Of a DNA stretch of 56,523 nucleotides, positions 35,249 to 46,623 are shown piece after piece. The position numbers and the translations under genes were made by a program. Under the pieces are notes generated by a model. The model did not search any database. It was given only the letters and a program-made list of their open reading frames with translations, and was not told the origin of the DNA. The stretch is from Basidiobolus meristosporus CBS 931.73. Lineage: Eukaryota; Fungi; Basidiobolomycota. The stretch covers positions 1 to 56,523 of the forward strand of contig MCFE01000579.1 in NCBI GenBank assembly GCA_002104905.1, in the 5' to 3' direction. The stretch's first letter is position 1; every line of letters starts with the position of its first letter.

Positions 35249-35946
35249 ATTGCACCTACATGAATGTAAGATTCAATGATGACCTGCCATAGTAAGCATT
35301 ATAAATAAAGTTGTGGCACCACATACACAAGTATATGTAAGACTATATCTCCTTTGGTTTGACTCACTTCCATATATATGCTGCCAACAAATAAAGCAAA
35401 GTTGTCTGGTTCTCAACCAAACCCTACCACTGATGGCAACAGAAGAATGGTTGGACAACAGCTTACTTTGACATTCAGTGCAACAAGCGGGGCTACATCC
35501 AAAAAAGGCCCTGTGGACCGTGTGCCCATTGAAGGTAATAATGTGGACTCCTCAGGCTCTCAGTCAAGTAGGCAATTGAGAACCTCTGCGGAGCCACAAG
35601 CTGACTGTTATGCTCAGGCAGATGAGAATGTAGCAAACGCAGTACCCTCTGTTAAAGATCAGCAAGTGGCCAAGATAACATCACCACCACCCATATTAGC
35701 AAGTATGTTGTCAGCTCATGCCAAAGCATTAATGAAGCAATTAGGTGCATTGGCTGACAGGATAGATGCAATGGCCCAGAGAAATCAGGAAGTAGTCCAG
35801 AAACAGGATGAGCGGATAATATGTGTAGGGAAATCAATATCCCAGGTAGAGAAAGCAGTATCTTTGCTGCAAAGAAGGAACTCAAGTAGCTCAATGTCAC
35901 AGCCAAGAATTGAGCCATTTCCCAATGTAACAGCAGAGGAACACCG

Positions 35947-38900
35947 TGTGAGTACTCAATGTAGTACCCACTCTTTGCCCAAGAGTTCTCCCAAGAGTTC
36001 CCTCCAGAGTCCTACCCAAAGTCCTCCAGTACCCTCCCTATGATTCCCCCACGCGTCTTCCCCTCCTATCCCTGCCCTTATCTAGTTAGAACACTTACCA
36101 TTACAGAAAGGTGTTCACACCCCTATTTTATAACACATTGTCTATTGTCTAAGCCCCCCCCAAGTAATATATATATCTACCCAATTGAACCAGGAAGAAC
36201 AACAAGATTTGGACAAAATAAACAGAAGTCTTTATTACCTTGCTACCTTCTATTGGAAGCTATTCTGAACCAAGTGGTACTGACTTGACCTACAAGCTCT
36301 CCCACTCACCAAGTACAGTCAGTAAAAACCCACATATTTGGTGCCGTCTCTGCGGAAATAAGCACAAGTGAGGTAATGACTTCTACAATCAAACTAAAAA
36401 CATACAAGGGAAAGAGAGAGAAAGCCCTTGAGTGGTTCAATAAGTTTGAGAGAGTTGCAGTTGATGCAGGATGGGACGACGATAAGAAAGTAAGAGAGTT
36501 TGCAAGACATATGGAAGGGTCAGCATGGCAATGGCATTATGGGTTGGAAGACGCAGTCAAAGACGACTGGGATGCACTAGAAGAAGCCTACAAGACACGC
36601 TTTCTATATGCCAAAGGATACCACTACAAAGCCCTTCTACTGTCCTCGCGGAAGAAAAGCAGTGAAAGCTATGAAGCCTACACTGAACTGTTTCTCCAAC
36701 AAGTTTGATGTCTCCCGAAGGACAAAATCGCCAAACGACAGCTCATGAGGTATTACATCATGGGCTTAGACGACAAAATAAGACGTAGGGCGTCCGAAGA
36801 ACAACAGGGATGTAAAACGTTGCAAGAGTTGGTCGAACGAGTACGAGGGGTCATCTTGCTATGGGGGCTACCCTATAGTGATACAAATGATTGAAGGACA
36901 GGGATCCCCCGTAAGAAAGGAAAAATTGCCTCCCTGAAAGACTGTGAGTTAGAGGAATTACGGCGAAAGGTCCAAGAACTCTTGATCAACAATGTCCAAG
37001 AAGTCCCCAAAGAAGGTGATAAACTCTGGGAAGCTGTTGTAGATCTAAAGGCCCAGGTTCAAGTCCTGACCCAACAGATGGAACAACCACGACAACAGTA
37101 TCCGTGTTATGTGTGTGGAGAAGTAGGTCACCGGGCCCATGAATGTGAAAAACGGTACGGAAGAGAAGCCGTACCGGACACAAAAGAGAAGAAGGCATCA
37201 AAAGACAGAGTCCCTCGCCAGGAGGCCAACGGGACTCAGTCAATCTAAGCCCTCCGGTCAGGACAATTGAAGTGCGGAAGAAGAAGCGTCAACATGATGC
37301 TTCTAGAGAGGAGGCAAAGGAACCTGTAGTAGAGGTTCCGTCAAAAGGAAAGAGCGCGGAATTAGGTGAAGAAGTACGGAATGAACCTTGGGAAGAAGTG
37401 TTAAAGCAAACGAAGAATGCTAGCACGTCTTCCCATGGCCTATTCCCCATAATGAAGGTACTAGAGCAAACCAAGGCAACCCTCCCAATAACCAATTTAC
37501 CAGGACTGGCCCCGGCTCTAGTCAAGGAACTGATAGAGGGATTGAAGGAGATAACGACCCTCCATATCAACCAGACGGTCCTGCAAAAACCAAATAAAGG
37601 TACATATGTAAAGGTACATATAGAGAATAAGGAGATTCTTGCCCTTATCGACACAGGATCCTCTACGTTGATCATGTCAGAGTCATTAGCAAAACGTCTA
37701 AAACTAAATATAGTCCCCAACAACACCATTTGAGTACGGCTAGCAAATGACCAACTGGATACAACGGTAGGTGTGGTGCCTAATTGCCCCATTTGGCTAG
37801 GCAACTTGATAATACGCCAAGATGTTGTGGTTCTACCCGTCGCAGCCAACAACTTACTCATTGGCAAGAGTTGGTTTATCCAACATAAGATGGATATACT
37901 TTACAGTGCATCTGAACTCAGGTGGGATACCAAGAGTATCCCACTGATTCATATCACCGATGAGAGCAAGGCACGTAGCAACAGTGTGACAATTGAAGAG
38001 GTAAAACCGTCGCAGTCTCTGATCATCACACAAAAGGTGATAAAAATACCACCCGCCAGTGAGATGGTGATCCCATTAGAAACACCAATAGCTTATTCAA
38101 CAAGCGGAAGAATGATAACCGCAGCACAAGCATCCAAGCAACTGGAAGGAATCTCGATCCCTAAAGTATGGACCACCAAAATTTGAAACGCAAAGCCTGA
38201 AATGCTTAGTGGTAAACAACGGGTGACACACAGTGACATTGCCTAGAGGAGTGCCATTGTCAAACTTAGAGGAAGTCGACGGAAACGACCAAGGACCACC
38301 TCCAAACAAAGAACCAGAAGAAGAACTCCCCAAACTAGATGTGGACCCCAGTCTACCGCCTACGTTACGAGACAAATTCCTAGAAGGAATACATCCGCTT
38401 GCCCGAGTATTCTCTAAGAACCAAGTAATTGGTCATATACCTGGGGTATATCACCAAATCCACCTTGCCGACAAATACCCCATCAAGCAAAAAGCCTATA
38501 GGAATTTGAAAATTGACACAGACTATATCAAAGAGACAATTGAAACTTTATTAAAAGACGACATCATTACAGAGAGCAAGTCTCCGTGGGCCTCCCCCGT
38601 AGTGATAGTCCCAAAAAAAGACGGAAAGCGACACTTTTGCATCAACTACCGGAAATTGAACGCCGTCACCCAGAAGGACGTGTATCCGCTACCGCAAATA
38701 GACGACCTCTTGGACAGATTAATCGGAGCTAAATATTTTGGCTCTCTTGACTTAATCTCCGGGTATTGGCAAGTAGAAGTAGCCCCGGAAGATCGACCCA
38801 AAACCGCTTTTATAACATTGTTTGGATTATACAAATGGAACCGACTACCCTTTGGCTTGTGCAATGCCCCTGCTATGTTCCAAAGGATGATCGACAAGGT

Positions 38901-41900
38901 GCTAGGAAATCTACAATGGGAATGCGCCCTTGTGTATCTGGACAACATCACAATATATTCCCCCGATGTAGAAGAACATATACACAATGTGCAACGTATC
39001 CTGACATCCCTCCTCAAGAACCAACTCAAACTACATCCCAAGAAGTGCCATTTCCTGTATACGAAATTGTTGTTCCCGGGCCACGAGATCTCGGCAGATG
39101 GAATATACCCATCTACGTCACTCCTGAAAGCCGTTCAAAATGCACCTGCACCCAAGGACATTAATGCAGTGTTGGGATTCCTAGGATTAGCCGGCTACTA
39201 TTGCCGCTTTGTCAAAAACTTCGCAATGATAGCAGCCCCCCTATACAAATTGACGCAAAAGGGCCAGTGTTTTGTATGGTCGGAGCCTCAAAAGAGAGCA
39301 TTTGATCAGCTGAAACATTCCCTGACATCACCGCCAGTGTTACAATTTCCCAATTGGGATGCAAGATTTTTTATTAACTGTGATGGAAGCCTCACCGGTA
39401 TAGGTGCCGTACTAGGACAATACCACCAATCCGGCAAATTCCACCCAATTGGTTACGTGAGCCATTTGCTAAACAAACACAAATGCCACTACCTTGTTAC
39501 CAAGATAGAATGTCTGGCTGTTGTTTATTCAATTAAGCAATTCCATACATACATACATGGTCGCCAATTCACAATAGTAACGGACCACAGCGCACTGGTC
39601 TGGCTGATGAAAACTAAAGACTTTACCGGCCGACTAGCACGTTGGGCCCTACAACTACAGCAATACAACTTTGAAATAATTCACCGCGCTGGCAAGAAAC
39701 ACCAGGACGCAGACTTCCTCAGTTGCTATCCCGTTTGCCAAATACGTGTCAGTGATGAGTACGAGGACGTAATCTGCTTTAAAAAGAAAGGGAGGTATCC
39801 CAAACACATTGTTACAAACAAACAGAAGAGAGAATTTCAAAGGAAATGGTGTCAGTACAAAGTACAAGAAAATCAACTATGGTTCCTCCAAGGACAGTCC
39901 AGAGCCAAGGTACCCCCACTAGCAGCCCGTGAAGAAATCATATGAGAAAGACATATGTCATTAGGACATGCTAACCCCCTAACAACATATAAGATGCTAA
40001 GAAAAACGTTTTATTGGCAAAAAATGATGACCGACGTTACAAATACGTTACAAAGATGCACCACTTGCGAAAGATTCAACCGGAGTCAGAAGATAGGGAC
40101 AACCGCACCAATACCGGTTGACCTGCCCTTCCACCAAGTAGGGATCAACTTTGTTGGCCCCTTTATGAAAACAAAGAAAGGAGAACGATACATAATAATC
40201 GCTACCGATTATTTCTCAAAGTGGGTAGAAGCCCAAGCCGTCTGCAATAAAGATCAGAAGACAACCGCCCAATTCATTCTAGAACACCTCATCTGCCGAC
40301 ACGGATATCCTCAGATACTCCTGTCCGACAATGGTGGTTCCTTCCTGAACAACACTGTGGCCCACCTGTGCAAAATGATGGGCGTGAAACAAGTCTTCAC
40401 GGCCGCGTATCACCCCCAGACTAACGGATTAACCAAGAGGATGAACCAGACGTGTTGCCGCATACTGGAGAAGCTTCACTGGGAACTTCCCCAATCATGG
40501 GCCAAGCTGCTCCTACTGACACTCCTAGCAATGTGCACCACACCAAATAAAACGACGGGTTTCTCCCCATATGAAATCCTATATGGACAAAGACCCAAGT
40601 GGCGGGAGGAAGCTGGATTGACAATGGAAGGTGTCCCCCTGACAACACATAACAACTATATAGAAAGGTTGATACACCGTATTGCCCACCTATACATAAA
40701 AGTATTCAAAATGTCAACAAGCACCTTCCCCCTCCACCCAAAAATGAGAAACTAACGAGACAAAAGTGGAAACCAGGCGATAAGGTGTGGTACAACCAAA
40801 CCGTTGCAGGCCTCAAGTTCCGCCCACAATTTACACCCCGATGGATTGGCCCATGCACCGTTATCAGTTCGGACCACGGACCAAAGTACACCATCACCCT
40901 GAATAATAAGACAATCAGCAACGTAACGCCAGCCCATCTGAAACCGTTTCATGATGATCCACCAATCATCACTGAGACCAAAGTGTGATTAAACGATTAT
41001 CAGGACAAGGATAGAGGAAGACACGGGATACATTCAAAGTTTATTAGAGGAGATTTTAGTCGATATAGGTACAAATAATATGCACGAGGGAGTTCGCCCA
41101 AATGGGAGAACAAAAGAATGCATATGGAAAGCGCCAAAGGAAACAGTTCACCCAAAACTGGCGATACCCCTCCCACTAGCAAGAACCAAGATGATATAAA
41201 AAACAAAACCGACCTGCAAGTGTTAAGAGATATGGTACGAGCGTTACGTACGACAAGAGCCACCTATGAAGAGTCGTTTGCCGGAGCAGTCACGCTAATA
41301 CAAGACACAATCAGAGAGGGATGAGACAAGTTACCCACGCCAATACAAAGCATGCAATCCACCAAGTTGCTGTGTTGCAACTATTACAGTGGTTTACCAT
41401 AGGACAACTCAGGAATCAGTACAAAGTCCAACTCCAAGAAGCCAAAGAAACCGCCGCGGATTCTGTAGAAACCATGAGGCAAGTACAATAGCGCCTCAAT
41501 TGCGCCACAGTTTCTACGGAAGAACTACAATACGTCTCAGAAGAAGCAAAAACTTGTTATTGACAACAGGTGACTGCCGACCAAGTGTACGCCCTCTTCA
41601 AAAGGTCCCCTGCCGTCATATTGAACACAAAAAGGACAAGCCCCAATAACGTTTGCAAGATAAAGAAGCAACACTTTATCGCGCTATTGCACCTTTTCTT
41701 GTTCTCCGACCCTCCCAAGGAACTTACCCAGAACCCTATGGTTCACCAACTATTTGGCTCTGTGGAAAACATCCCTTGAGCAACACAGGCCACACCCCAC
41801 TCTGCCGCTGAATGGTATCAGGTACTTGCCCGCAATCCCCTTGCGAGTGACAACCAGCAATGGTACTACGGTGACTCCCCATGCTCCGTAAACAAAATTG

Positions 41901-42351
41901 ATCCTGGAGAAGCGAGTTAGTCAAAGAACTTTGAGGACGAAGCTCCCACTTAACCCCCGGTATATGTGAGTACTCAATGTAGTACCCACTCTTTGCCCAA
42001 GAGTTCTCCCAAGAGTTCCCTCCAGAGTCCTACCCGAAGTCCTCCAGTACCCTCCCTATGATTCCCCCACGCGTCCTCCCCTCCTATCCCTGCCCTTATC
42101 TAGTGAGAACACTTACCATAACAGGAAGGTGTTCACGCCCCTATTTTATAACACATTGTCTATTGTCTAAGCCCCCCCAAGTGATATATATATCTACCCA
42201 ATTGAACCAGGAAGAACAACAAGATTTGGACAAAATAAACAGAAGTCTTTATTACCTTGCTACCTTCTATTGGAAGCTATTCTGAACCAAGTGGTACTGA
42301 CTTGACCTACAAGCTCTCCCACTCACCAAGTACAGTCAGTAATAACCCACA
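35947..42351 (+). mobile_element. Full-length but inactivated Ty3/gypsy LTR retrotransposon
   Basis: LTRs at 35947-36334 and 41965-42351 (TG..CA; about 8 substitutions plus 1 indel by eye), TSD CACCG. PBS TGGTGCCGTC at 36339 (tRNA-His-like, inferred). Gag has CYVCGEVGHRAHEC; then protease LIDTGSS, RT (LPFGLCNAP, YLDN), RNase H and integrase (H..LGH..C..C, SDNGGSF). Confidence 0.97.
41118..41920 (+). pseudogene. Additional ORF (ORF3) between integrase and 3' LTR, unknown function
   Basis: A ~270-codon reading path broken by one frameshift and by isolated TGA/TAG stops. Confidence 0.55.
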
Positions 42352-42688
42352 CACCGTACAGTCTTTGAAGCACAAAACCAGTGCCCAAAGATAAAGCCCA
42401 CAGAAAAATCTATCACAGCTTGGGAGGGAGAAAATGTGGCGTTTATACCAAAGCCTAAAAAGCCAAAGACATTGAAGATCCATGAAGCTGTTGAGTGCAA
42501 TAACAAAGAGTGGGCTAATATACAAGAGGCCATCAGAAGTCTAGCATGCCATCACCTTAAGGCCGGCATACCATGGGACCATCAGGAACTCAAGGCCAAG
42601 CAGAATACACTTGACTTGTTCCATGAGCATTATCCTGGATTCAAACAGGCAAACAGATTTTGGGCCAGCATTGGTATGCTAAGAAAGT

Positions 42689-43404
42689 AGACTTGTTCTG
42701 TTGGATAGTGCCAAATGATGCCATAGTGTACCTGAGAGGCCAAGTGAGCATACACTTGGGTGCAGCATGTGAAACATAGATCTGCATCTTCATGTAAAGC
42801 ATCCCCTGTGTTTCACCTATGATGCAGGAGAAAATCCATTTTTTTGATGTTTTTTTGTGCATCAATATTGTGCAGGATGTGCAAGAGCACTAAAGGATTG
42901 AAGATATGCATCTGGGACTCAATACCCATGGCACTCTGAATCTAGCTCCTGTGGCTTGTAACATGTCACAAAAATGCATGGCACTATCTTGGTCCACTGG
43001 TACTATCAGGCACTATATTTAAATATTAGCCCTAAAGTAAGATCAATACAAAGCACTTATAGTGCCTGATAGTACCAGTGGACCAAGATAGTGCCATGCA
43101 TTTTTGTGACATGTTACAAGCCACAGGAGCTGGGTTCAGAGTGCCATGGGTATTGAGTACCAGACGCATATCTTTAATTCTTTAGTGCTTTTGCACACCC
43201 TTTACAACATTGACCTAAAAAAAAAGGTCAAACAATGGATTTTCTCCATCACAATGAGTGAAACACAGGGGCTGCTTTGCATGAAGATGCAGATCTATGT
43301 TCCACACTCTGTGCCCAAGTGTAGGCTCACTTGGCTTCTCAGGCACACTATGGCATCATTTGGCACTCATGGCTCAATGTGGCACTATCCAATGGAACAA
43401 GTCT
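42689..43404. mobile_element. Harbinger-derived fold-back MITE, copy 2 (716 bp)
   Basis: AGACTTGTTC...GAACAAGTCT, TSD AGT. Removing it restores AGA AAG TAT CCT in the host ORF. Confidence 0.92.
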
Positions 43405-43694
43405 AGTATCCTAAGAATAGCAGAAACTATCAAAGGCAGAAGAACAAGGGTGGCATGGCTAAAACCAGCGGCTTCCTCAAGAGCCCATTACAAGCAAGGC
43501 CAAAAGCTCCAGACAAGCGTCAAAGAGACGTCAGGCAGCTGGAAGAGTGCCATTAAGGACAAGCAGGCAGACATGGATGCACCAGCACAACATTTATCAA
43601 GGAAAAAGAGTAGTACCACTCAAGACGCACCCAGTCAAAGTTGTAGTGAAGGACCTGGCAGTGATAAAAACCAGCCGCTTTTACAGGAGCCCGT

Positions 43695-44499
43695 TGTGGT
43701 AGGGTAAACATACCTCCCACAGACAAGTTTACTCATATAGTCATTATGATATACTTATCCATATTCTACCTTATCAGTATTATTGCATTCTTCTTTTGCC
43801 CATATTATCAGTATTATCCCCATATGATGTTTACCCTGATTAGTTATTAGCATTAGTTATCCCAGATGTTATTCAGCTTTGTGATCAGTATATGTATCTA
43901 CATAAGACAAGTACCCGCGTCAGTACCTGTGACACATGACCCAAGTCTGCATTACTGTCCCTACCATTTCAATACCATATATGGTATTTCTATGTTGCAC
44001 AGGTTTCAGACTACTGATTCCTGATTGGTTGAATGTGCAGTGCCTTTTAGAACCTTCCAGGACATTCTTGACATATTTTTTAGCTAATGGTGATGTCATC
44101 AAGAATTCCACTGATACCAAGAATCTTCTAGAACCTTGTCATTAGTAATCACTTGGCAATCAGGAAAAGTATTTAAGGGAAAGCAATCCCTCATCAATAA
44201 ATCATCCCATCTATCAGTAACACTTCTACCTTATTGATTAGCAGTTGATAACTGCACCTGCCTTCAACAGTACGTTTCAGACCTGCCATCAAGGAGCTTT
44301 TCAGGGTAGTGCACAAGACACACAGAGGCCTTTGGAGACATTTGGAGCACCTAGGAAGCTAGAGAAGCAGGAGCTTTTACCATAGTGACATATTGACAAA
44401 GACACCAGCAGTTTAGACACAGAGGTTATTGAACCCATCAGACACCTCACACACCTAGAGTTGTGTAGCTTCTCTCAAGAGTACCTCTACACCACCACA
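43695..44499. mobile_element. Solo LTR (805 bp), family not otherwise seen in the window
   Basis: TGTGGT...ACCACA termini, flanks CCGT/CCAT (4-bp TSD with one CpG transition). The host sequence is uninterrupted in copy D. Confidence 0.75.
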
Positions 44500-45970
44500 C
44501 CATCACAACTACGGTTGAGCGCTCAAAACAAGCTGAAAAGAAACATCAGGTTGCCAGAGGAGTGCCAGCAAGGGACAAGCAGGCCAAAACAGATGCATTG
44601 GAGCAGAATTTATCCAAGAGAAAACGTAGTTCTTTACAAGAAGCACTCAGACAAAGTAGCAGTGAAAGACCTGGCAGTGATAAAGGAAAAGGTAAAGGGA
44701 AAAATATCTACCAAAGCCTGAGACAGGGAAGCCTGCAAAAAAAACTGCAGTTCTTGCCAATTAACGCCTCAAGCCAGGAACAGACTGAATCCCATCATAG
44801 CCAAGAAGAATTACCAAGAAGAAAACAGCTGTTTTCACAAGAGTTGGAAGTGCAGCCAGTTGAGCTACACTCCAGCAAGGTAGATGAGTTTGCTGAAAAA
44901 GGCAATTTGTCTACCACATCCTCCAAAGCCTCCATTGTTGACAGAGTGGAGATCCCACTGACAGACAAGGACACAACGTCAAGAGCTCAAAAGACTATCA
45001 CAATGCCTTCAGTCCAGTTTTGGAACATTAATAGGCACACCAAGAGGTTGCAGCACTTCTTCAAGAGCAGTGCTCAAGAAAACACAATGAAATATTGCAA
45101 GGATTTATTGCAAAGACTGGCAGATGAGGAGCTAGACCTTTCAGTGCCGGCTGAAGACCAGGATGTGTGGGAACCAGTGAATGAACAGTGGCATATAGCT
45201 GTTGGATTCCTGCCAAGGTTGTGGAAGCAGAGCGTTACAGCAGAAATACTAATTGAGTGGTGGATTTTAATGGAGTTACTTGTTGAGTGTGGGGTTGGGC
45301 TTAATATTAGTGCAGGGTACAGAGACTTGTATAGGTCAATACAATTGGCAATTGAGGTACAACTGAAGTTTCAACAGAAATAAATTAATTTGTATGCATG
45401 AAAAGTAAGAGAAATGGTTGAGTCAGGAAGTAAAGAGTGTGACAAAGAGGCAATAGCCAATCAATTCACACAAATGCAGGAGGCAATAGAGTGTCTGAGA
45501 TCCAAAAGTGAGTAAATTGGCAGGGAACCAATCAAAAGCCACTTATACATTGTTGTGATGAATAATTTTAACAAAGTTTTTGTGAAATCTGGGGTGCAAT
45601 TATTTTTCAATGGTCTCTGGATGGTGTCCTGACAAGATCAGTACCTCTCAGTCACAGGATACTAACTTTGTGACGGCCTTTTGACAGGATCATCTCAATA
45701 ATTTTTCATAGGGAGGGTATGAACAATTTAGAGCAAGCTTGGAGTACTACGCTTAGAAGCTCCAATAGACTTCCATATCCCAGAGTGTTCAGCAACAGGT
45801 TCCATATAAGGAGTATTTTAGATACCTTCCCAGTCAGGATTAACAGACCTTCTAGAGGGCAGAGGCACTTTTATTCTGGCTAGCACATGGCCCACTGTGT
45901 GAAGTTTCAAGCACTGTCTGACATTGAGGGTAACATCAGCTGGTTTAGTGGGCCATTTACTGAAAGTAGG

Positions 45971-46338
45971 TGTTACAAGTCTTGGTATAAGAGTTGTAGA
46001 GGAATAGGGAGTTTAGCTAGTATTGTATTCACTAAAACTTGAACTGATTTTTATTGAGGTTCCAGCAGCTCCTTATATACATTTTGCCAGATCAATTGCT
46101 GACTAATTGTATTTCCTAATGTAGGTTGTGGCTGATGACTCATTTGATTGCATCATCATCACCCAATAAGATCCTACTTAATATATCTTTTTCTGTCTGA
46201 TAAGGATCTGCTGATTCATTTGCTGACTAATGCTACTGATTTCATAGATAATACTGATGTACTGATAACCTAAACATATACTAACTGATTTGACTAAAAA
46301 CTGATCTAACTTAAACATTCAAGCGGCAGATCATAACA
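45971..46338 (-). mobile_element. Solo LTR (368 bp) of the gypsy family at 53325
   Basis: TGTTA...TAACA, 4-bp TSD TAGG. It is the reverse complement of 53325-53693 and splits the Harbinger codons for SR/HD. Confidence 0.93.
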
Positions 46339-46623
46339 TAGGCACGACAAAGCACTCTGGGTAGAGAATCATCCTGAATTCAGTAGAGGGGAGAAATCTA
46401 TGGCTGACTTAGCCTATATAGGAGAGGATTGTCATGGATTAGGATGTATTACAGCTTATAGGAAGCCAAGGAATGGTGTGCTTAGCAGGAAGCAGAATCT
46501 CTACAATGAGACATTTAATCATTTCAGAGTGAGGGTAGAGCATACATTGGGATATCTGAAGAGATCCAGAATATTGGCAGGTAAATATAGAGGAAAGTCA
46601 TATATAGGAGTAAACAGCAGAAT

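Larger units (their letters stand above)
35378..45383 (+). pseudogene. CMC accessory ORF (copy B), interrupted by gypsy, MITE and solo LTR
   Basis: Pieces 35378-35946, 42357-42688, 43408-43694 and 44504-45383 rejoin at the TSDs. The joined sequence is colinear with copy D at 51.2-53.3 kb. Confidence 0.75.
31253..45713. mobile_element. CMC/CACTA(EnSpm)-like DNA transposon, copy B, ~5.8 kb net
   Basis: Imperfect 17-bp TIRs CCCTATGATAAATAATT / CCCTATGAAAAATTATT, TSD AGG (31250-31252 and 45714-45716). Removing it restores the Harbinger codons GCA GAG GGT ATG (AEGM). Confidence 0.9.

Noticed and set aside
40785-40988. Chromodomain at the gypsy integrase C-terminus
   Set aside because: The sequence matches the ordinary KPGDKVW..PRWIGP integrase tail and ends without chromodomain aromatic-cage motifs.
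34990-43406. ORFs inside the MITEs as hAT transposase fragments
   Set aside because: No hAT motifs. The TIRs and 3-bp TSDs tie these elements to the Harbinger family.
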